DNA of 63,982 bases, counting the filler, from Thraustochytrium aureum (taxonomy: Eukaryota): assembly GCA_012862495.1 (NCBI GenBank). It is 4 parts of 3 records of this genome, joined end to end, with 100 filler letters (N's around TTAATTAATTAA, not from the genome) between each part and the next. Parts side by side here need not be neighbours in the genome. Positions count along the whole stretch, not along the records: positions 39,014 to 61,776 come from BLSG01000230.1; positions 61,877 to 63,982 come from BLSG01000233.1; 2 more parts are not named here. The stretch is one strand, 5' to 3'. Shown here piece by piece: positions 56,779 to 63,982 of this stretch. Within the stretch, counting starts at the first letter, position 1, and the number at the start of each line of letters is the position of its first letter. The position numbers were made by a program, and so were the translations under genes. The notes beneath the pieces were generated by a model. That model worked only from the letters and a program-made list of their open reading frames with translations. It did no database searches and had not been told where the DNA came from.

Positions 56779-58696
56779 CCTGCGCTTTCGCTGCCCCCGG
56801 GACTCTCGCGCGCCTTGCAACCCACCCACTTTGCACGCGGTTGACCTCGCCTTTCTGCTCTGCTCGCGCACCTGCCCTGGCGTTTTACGAGGACGCGAGA
56901 ATCACCAGAGGATACTTCGTGGACAACCCCGCGCGGGCGGGCAGAAGGCCGTTGTTGTCGATGCGAGCGCCTTTGCAGGCCGCGGTTGGGTTCGAACGGC
57001 AGCGGCGGCGGTGGCGGCGGCTGCGCGCAGTTCGGATGCGAGCAGGTCCTCCTTGCTCCAGGGCTTGACGGCTCCTGCCTTGTGCGGTTTATTTCATGAT
57101 GATATGGCGGAAACGGAGCCGCGGCGTTGCCAATAAAAACGAGCGTCGAGGCTGTCATCATTGCTCGGGGGCTGGCCAGAGTGGTGCACTGCGACATGTC
57201 GGGCTCTTCGTGCTTGACGGAGCTGCGGCGTTGGCCGCAAGCAACGACGCACAGATTGTGACCATGTGACCAGATCAAGTTGCCGAAGCAATAACCAAGC
57301 GGGCGCGCGAGGACCAGGAACTCTACTCGACAGGCCAGTTGCGGTTGCCGGCATCAAGCTTGGACCTTCGCTGGGCCTTGCTTCGCGCTTGTCTTCGCCC
57401 TGCTCTTGCAGCGGTCGCCTCAACGGGCGTCAACGAGGCGGCCACACGTCCATGCTCTGCCGACACGGGTCGACATCAGACGAGGTACACTCAGCAAGTC
57501 CGTGGTCTGGATGTAAAAGGCAGCGGTGTCCACGTAGTACGTGTGGGCAAACGGTTTGGTCAAGGAGGAATCTCTGCAGCGACGCAGAACCCCTGGCGGG
57601 CTTCGCCGAGCAAGTCTGATCTGGAACGCTGGCTGCGCTGCTCTCAATAGTCAGGCAATCACCACGGCAAGCCGCAAACACTCCATACTCTACTCTACGT
57701 TGCACGGCCGTCCCATGGAGCACGGGCTGCCTGCCAGTGTTTGATCTCGAGGGCAAGCTGGTGTCGATGGTGCTCACGCCAGCAGCGTCGTTGCGCAGGC
57801 AATCATGATGTGATCAGTCCTCCGTCGCTCTCAACGCGGCGGAAAGCAGGATCCGATCGACCGTTGANNNNNNNNNNNNNNNNNNNNNNNNNNNNNNNNN
57901 NNNNNNNNNNNNNNNNNNNNNNNNNNNNNNNNNNNNNNNNNNNNNNNNNNNNNNNNNNNNNNNNNNNNNNNNNNNNNNNNNNNNNNNNNNNNNNNNNNNN
58001 NNNNNNNNNNNNNNNNNNNNNNNNNNNNNNNNNNNNNNNNNNNNNNNNNNNNNNNNNNNNNNNNNNNNNNNNNNNNNNNNNNNNNNNNNNNNNNNNNNNN
58101 NNNNNNNNNNNNNNNNNNNNNNNNNNNNNNNNNNNNNNNNNNNNNNNNNNNNNNNNNNNNNNNNNNNNNNNNNNNNNNNNNNNNNNNNNNNNNNNNNNNN
58201 NNNNNNNNNNNNNNNNNNNNNNNNNNNNNNNNNNNNNNNNNNNNNNNNNNNNNNNNNNNNNNNNNNNNNNNNNNNNNNNNNNNNNNNNNNNNNNNNNNNN
58301 NNNNNNNNNNNNNNNNNNNNNNNNNNNNNNNNNNNNNNNNNNNNNNNNNNNNNNNNNNNNNNNNNNNNNNNNNNNNNNNNNNNNNNNNNNNNNNNNNNNN
58401 NNNNNNNNNNNNNNNNNNNNNNNNNNNNNNNNNNGGTCGGCCTGCGCCTGGGACTGCGCAGCGCGGAGGTTTCGTTCGTGATTGGGACAGCCAGCCGCAC
58501 AGCTGCCGGTCAATTCGACTCCTCTCGATTGCCTGGCCCGTGCCTCACACAAGCTCCTCCGAGTCAATCCTCTCCCGCAAGCAGGCGATCTCTCCGACCC
58601 GCGCGAGGCAGAGCCCGAACGACCCATCGTCCAGACGGGAGCGACGGGTACCCAGCCGGGCCGGAAACGCGGTGGCGAGTAGAAGACCGTGGAGCG

Positions 58697-61598
58697 ATGG
58701 ACCGCGCGGCGAAAGTGGCGCTCGCAGGTTTGAACGTGCAGGTGGACCCTCACGCGTCCAAGCGCTTGGGGGCGCCGCAATGCCACGAGACGCCGACAGC
58801 GAACGCGCTGCGAGCCACCATCAACCAGTCCCCAAGCGGGACGATCGCCAAGACGACGCTGGGCTGGAAGCGCAAGGCCCCCATGCAACGCGTGTCCAGC
58901 GGCGAGACCGAGCCAGGGAGCCCCACACTAAGCGACGGCGAGGCTCGTGGGTGGGACGTGGCGAGCCACGGGAGCTCGAGCGTGTGCGCGGAGGACCCTG
59001 CCGCCCCAGAGCGGGCAAAAGGCAGCACGGGGAGCAAGCGCGCGCGCGCACACCGTGACGCCGTTTCGTTTGCCCAGGTTCCGATACAGGCTGCTGCCTG
59101 CGTGGTCGCCTATCTGCACGTTGAGGAGGCGATCAAGCTGCTCGAGGCGAAGCTCGGAGGGCAGATCGCGCGCGCCTCACTCCGCGCTTTGTCGCAGGCC
59201 ACATACCTCCATCGCGCAATACATACGAGCGGGATCTCCGCGGTCCTGCGCGCGATGGCGCACCCCCTGCTTCCCGAGCCCGAGTTTCGCCAGCTCCTCG
59301 CTCGATCTCTACTCATGTCGCGCGAGTCGTTAGGAAGTCACCCGAGCCTCGGCCTTGTCGCCGAGCAGCTCTGGTCCAGGCTGGCCCCAGTTATCCCGCT
59401 CCACCCCGCCTGGGGGCACTCGACCAGTTGCGCCGAACAGCTCCAGGCATCCACGCCCGAAGGGCAGGCCTCGTAGAGAGCGCGGATTCGCCCTTCCTCG
59501 GCACGCTCGGGGCGCGCGAGAGTCGCGGGGTCGTTTCGTTTTGTGTGCTCGCGGCCACGCGGAACTCGGCCGCTCGCGTTGTCGCTACAAACGGCTTCGA
59601 GCTTGTCCTGTGGGATCCCGTCCTGGGTTGCGAAATGGCCCGGGCGCCTCTTCTTTTCCGTTGTGAGCGCCTCCTCTGCATTTCGGGGTCACCAGACAAC
59701 GCAGTGGCGGCGGTGGCGAGCACTTGCGTTCGCATTTATTCGTCGCTAAACGACGAATTCCGCCTCGCCGAGACCCTCTGGGCTCCACCAGGGCGCGCCT
59801 TGGTCTGGGGAACTGCCTGCGTCGCAGCGAATGCGCAATCAGAGCCAACTGTGGTGGTAGGCGACTGCATCGGCGGCGTCGTCTTGCTCCGTAGATCAGC
59901 CCCGGACAACGCCCTGGTCGTGGGTGGGCCAGATCCAAGCCCGCCATTGCAAGCAGCCGCTCCAGTGTTTCTTGAGGACGGGAGATGCCTCGTCGCCTGC
60001 TCTGATGGTCGCTCGCTGCGCTTCCTCGACGCTGAAAAAGCATCCTTCGTAGAGAAAGTCAGCGCCCCGGAGCTGGAAAGGCTTGGGTTGGACACGGTTG
60101 CGCGAGTTAGCGCGACTGCGGCTGGTTCGCTGGCGGACGGCTCTCGCCTTTTCGCATGGGCTGACGGCGCCGGGGAGGTGACGACTTGGTCCCAAGGACC
60201 GACGAGCAGGCAGTGGCGCTGCCGACTCGGAGCCCGCATTACCGCTCTTGCGCTCGCCTCGCAGGCGACGCGAGATCTGCTTGCAGCATCTCTATCGACA
60301 GGCGAGATTTTGCTCATGGATGCGACAACCGGCGAGCGCGCCACAGGTTTCCGCGCCCACGAGCAGGCCGTCTCGCCCTTGCTGCTCTACGCGTAAGCGA
60401 GACGTCCACCGCCTTGCTGACCTGTGCAGGGGACGGCGTGCTCAAGATGTGGGCATCGGCTCCAGCTGCCTTTTCGGCAACCACACTGCTCGGTTCCGAT
60501 TCGCTCCTTCGAGTGGAGATTAACTCACGCATGCGCCACAGCCAAGCCGTGCGGGCCACTTGTGCGGTCCCGATGATGACAACGGCCCGCGGGTCCGACA
60601 TTGCGCACTTTGTAGCAACTGCTGCTGGTTCCACTGTGTCGGTCTGGGAGCTTAGATCCGAGCGCTTGGTCTGCCGCTACGACAGGCACGAGGCAGTGGT
60701 GACTGGCCTCTCGTCCTGCCTGTGCCGCGGCCGCCCGGTCGTTGCAGCAGTCGACCTCAACCTGGACGTTCACCTATTCGATGCGCTCACTGGTCTGGCG
60801 CTCGTCGCCTACCAACACGCTCTCCCTGCGTGGGAGGCAGACGTGCTTGGCCACGCCAGCAAACATCTCGACGACGACAAGGACCTGCCAGGAGAAGGCG
60901 ATGATGAACTCGCAAGCGACAGTGGCGAGGAGAGTGACGACCTGGCAGGGTGTTCCGTCGACACGAGCAGCCCGGCCGTGCTTGTGTCGGCGACGCCGAG
61001 CGGCCAAGTCCAGCTCGTGTGCTCTGGCGGCGCCGAGCTGGCGGTCTACCTTGCAGACCTCACGACTGGCAAAGTGACCAAGTGTGGAAACGAAATTGTC
61101 TCGACAATGCGGCCGACCGCCCTTGCAAACTGTGGAAGCGGCGGCGTGCAAGTCTTTGCTGGCTCACTTGACGGAAGGATCTGCCCTTTGAACGAGCAAA
61201 ACCGTGAATGGGCCGCCCACGAGTCGCCAGTGCGGCATCTCTGTTCAGCAGGCGACGACCTTCTTATCTCTCGTGCTGGCCAGGGAGACATCAAGGTTTG
61301 GAATGTCGCGCTGCAATCGGTCCAAGCGACGATCCCCCTGCCCGGACGCACCCCTGCAATTTCTTCGGTGGCTGCGCTGGCGCACGGGCTCTTCGCTCTC
61401 GTTTATTGTTCTGGAGCGGTCCAGGTCTACGACGCGCGGTCAGGTAGGCTCGAGCACGACTTTGAACCTCTCACCACCAGCCCGGTCAGCTCATGCGCGT
61501 CCATCCCCGGCCAGGGAAACAGGCTTCTATTGGGATTCTACGACGGAATGGCGTGTGTCGTGGACATCGTCATGCCGAGGCAATTTGATTCTTGTTGA
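58697..61598 (+). CDS. WD40-repeat protein with a possible F-box-like segment; apparent frameshifts near 59470 and 60390
   Basis: FRAHEQAVS..., LLTCAGDGVLKMW, STVSVWEL..., RHEAVVTGL and AAHESPVRHL...GDIKVWNV across three consecutive frames. QVPIQAAACVVAYL resembles an F-box start (weak). Confidence 0.7.
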
Positions 61599-61776
61599 TC
61601 TTGACGGATGCCAAGCCTATGTAATTAAAAAAAACTGAGCAACAACCACGAACCACCGTCACGCGCAACGTTGAATACAACCTACTCAATACAGTACTTG
61701 ACGGAAAGGATTGTCTGCCATGGCCTTGCTGCCTGCCCTCGCCGCGAACAAGATCTGGCTACCTGTAGCTCTAGCT

Positions 61777-61876
61777 NNNNNNNNNNNNNNNNNNNNNNNN
61801 NNNNNNNNNNNNNNNNNNNNTTAATTAATTAANNNNNNNNNNNNNNNNNNNNNNNNNNNNNNNNNNNNNNNNNNNN
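61777..61876. other. Artificial scaffold spacer N44-TTAATTAATTAA-N44
   Basis: Linker at 61821-61832. Confidence 0.97.
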
Positions 61877-62552
61877 CGCTGTGCTGCGCGCAGCCCGTGC
61901 GCCGCTCTGCTGCTACCCGCTCTGCTCTGTGTTCTCTGCCCCTCCTCGCTGTCGTCCTGCGCGTCCTGGGTGTACTGTTCTACCCTACGAGTACGTGTAC
62001 GTGCGACAGCCTGGCGCCAAGGCGTCTTCAGAGGACAACCCCCGCGAACACTGTCATCGCGCACGCTGAACGGCTCGGAGGCCAGGCGATTATCGAGGGC
62101 GGCACGACGCGTCCATCTTTTGTCTAAACTACGTCTACTTGACGACGTGGATGCTCGTGGAGGGCTTGGCTGCTTCGTCCTCGAGTTGGGCTGCTGCTCT
62201 GGCGGGAGTTGGTCTTCGTGTTGCTCTCTGCTCTAGAGCTAGATCGGCCGAGCGCGCTGTCTGACCATGTTCTCCCCTAGTGGAAGTGCGATGGCCTATG
62301 TTGAAGATGCGATGCTCTGCACGGGCTGGGTGTTCGCGCTCGCTGGCCAGGCGTTGAAAGGCGTTCGGCGCCGACTGTGAGTTCGGCCTCTGCAGTTGTC
62401 CTTCACGAGTGCTGCAACCAACCACATGGCATGCAAGGTTGGCGATGCGCGCCTCCACCCGCCCAAGCTGCGAGTGAAAATCGGCCGTGATGGCACGTTG
62501 CTCTCCCTCCGCCCGCGGAGCCATTGCGCGTGTGGCACACATCGGAGCAGGA

Positions 62553-63800
62553 TCACGGAGCCTCCGTGGACGGCACGTATCCCGGGGCTGCGCCGAGGCT
62601 GACGTTTTCGGCCCAGGTGCGACGGTCGCCGAAAAAGAAGAGCTGCGAGCTGCCCCGCGGCAAACTGCTCGTGCCCTCTGCGGGGCTCCGGATGACGGCG
62701 GGCGGGAGGTTTTCACAGTTGTCGCCGAGCCGCGGCAACGTCAAGTAGGTGTCTGTTCCAAAGCCGTGCAGGGACTTGATGTCGAGGTCCGCCCCCAAAG
62801 TATCGCGCGTAGAGACGCGAGAGCGGAAGGCCGACGCCATAGCCGGCCAGAACGGCAGAAGCACGGCCGTCCGCGAGAAGGTCCTGCTGGATGCGCGGGC
62901 CTTTGCTGTGCTGTGCAGGTAGCTCCACACGAGCGGGAGCTTGGACCGCTCGATCCCGCCGCCTTCGTCGCTTATTCTAATAGAGACGTCCTCCTCGCCC
63001 TCGACGATGGTGACGCGGACCGGGGCAGGGTTTTCGCCCGCTAGCTCGCGCTCGCTCACGGCCTTGAACGAGTTTTTGAAGACCTCGGTCAGCATGTACT
63101 GCAGGTGAGAAGGGACGTAGGTGAAGCGGACGGCCTCCGCAGCTCGGTGCCGCGCCCCTGCCTTGCGCCGCGGCACCTCGTGGCACTCCAAGCTGGGGCG
63201 CAGACCTGTAAAGCGCTCGCACAGCGCGCCAGCCTCTTCGGCCGCGCTTTGCACATAGTCGAGCGGCCTGCAGTCGCCCTGTATGATTCCGGCAAAGCCA
63301 GGCCGCGGCTCGCGTGAGACGATGTGGTGCTCGATGAGGAAGCGCAAGCCGATGCGCGCAAGGTAAAACCGGTTGAGCACCTTGTCTACGATGCGCTGGT
63401 CGTCCACGGAAAACCCGGCCATGCTCGAGCGCACCTCCAAAACGCCGCGGGACATGGTCTGGATCACGGCGCTGTTGTCCTGCAAGACAAACTCGAGCAT
63501 CGAGGTGAACTCCTCCTCGTCGTCTTCAGTCTCCGGGAACGGGCTCTCCGCGACCCTTTCAAAGTAGTCGGTGTACCACTCTATCACATCGAGCACCGAC
63601 TCGGTGTTGGCCAGCCCAAGCGGGAGCTGCTCGAGCTCCTCGACGCGCTGCGCGATCCTAATCTGCAGCTCTTGGTGCAGAAACTGCGCGTTCCGCAGTC
63701 GCTGCTGCTTGTCGCGCGACGCGAACCGGCCGAACCTGAACAGGTTTGCCAGCGAGACGGCGGTCGGCTTGCGTCGCGCCGTGCGCTGCAAGTAGTTCAT
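62553..63800 (-). CDS. PDK: Mitochondrial pyruvate dehydrogenase kinase / BCKD kinase family; two compensating slips (~62897, ~62789); N-terminus may extend upstream
   Basis: AQFLHQELQIRIAQRV.EL..LP.GL, FYLARIGLRFLIEHH, YVPSHLQYMLTEVFKNS and ISDEGGGI. The alternate frame gives LAGYGVGLPLSRLYARYFGG, followed by GFGTD. Confidence 0.92.
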   Translation of the reverse strand: MNYLQRTARRKPTAVSLANLFRFGRFASRDKQQRLRNAQFLHQELQIRIAQRVEELEQLPLGLANTESVLDVIEWYTDYFERVAESPFPETEDDEEEFTSMLEFVLQDNSAVIQTMSRGVLEVRSSMAGFSVDDQRIVDKVLNRFYLARIGLRFLIEHHIVSREPRPGFAGIIQGDCRPLDYVQSAAEEAGALCERFTGLRPSLECHEVPRRKAGARHRAAEAVRFTYVPSHLQYMLTEVFKNSFKAVSERELAGENPAPVRVTIVEGEEDVSIRISDEGGGIERSKLPLVWSYLHSTAKARASSRTFSRTAVLLPFWPAMASAFRSRVSTRDTLGADLDIKSLHGFGTDTYLTLPRLGDNCENLPPAVIRSPAEGTSSLPRGSSQLFFFGDRRTWAENVSLGAAPGYVPSTEAP

Positions 63801-63982
63801 CCCGACCTCCGCCGCGCCAAGGCGCGGGCCGGCCTCTGGCGCCGCGCTGCTGTCCGAAGCGTCGTCCCAAGGGCGCCCTCGGGGCCTGGCGGCAACGGAC
63901 TTGCTGTCAAACGCCGCGAGGCGCCGTGGCGAGCCTCAGAGCAACCGCAGCTTGGAGGTGGTCCGGGACTTCGGAAGTACCT

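Noticed and set aside
56800..57867. Short ORFs in the unannotated stretch (also 18054-18990, 48190-49420, 61877-62550)
   Set aside because: No recognisable motifs or convincing coding pattern; left uncalled.
17954..61876. Three identical TTAATTAATTAA palindromes flanked by N
   Set aside because: Each forms an exactly 100-bp six-frame-stop spacer used to join scaffolds. It is not biological, and linkage across these points is meaningless.
14880..62900. Numerous frameshifts suggesting mass pseudogenisation, programmed frameshifting or RNA editing
   Set aside because: They go in both directions, often sit in homopolymers (G8 at 35220, A8 at 46630, C3 at 37299), hit conserved housekeeping genes, and come without in-frame nonsense substitutions. 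Sequencing indel error is the simplest explanation; read mapping would confirm.

Overview
Gene-dense, GC-rich, intron-poor eukaryotic DNA. Four GT-AG introns, each with a CTGAC branch site, can be reconstructed by hand. The gene content (plant-type cycloeucalenol isomerase, fused ADC synthase, SLC12, Kelch-BTB, ABCG half transporter) fits a protist; a stramenopile such as a thraustochytrid is my inference, not proven. Three artificial 100-bp spacers (N44-TTAATTAATTAA-N44) split the window into four unlinked scaffolds: 1-17953, 18054-38913, 39014-61776 and 61877-63982. There are also internal N gaps and many single-base indels that look like sequencing error. About 25 protein genes are supported. 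I saw no rRNA, tRNA, CRISPR array or mobile element. Most notable: (1) a formin-type GBD/FH3 + SAM + tyrosine-kinase-signature fusion lacking FH2; (2) a LarA-family (nickel-pincer) racemase/epimerase with all key residues intact in a eukaryote; (3) a class I HDAC that has lost its Zn ligands and catalytic Tyr; (4) a GHMP kinase-nucleotidyltransferase fusion; (5) an uncharacterised 2OG-Fe(II)-like protein directly upstream of a QTGAL/B3GNTL1 homolog; (6) a secreted CxGGxCxF-repeat protein; (7) TTC39-GOLD and double Kelch-BTB architectures.
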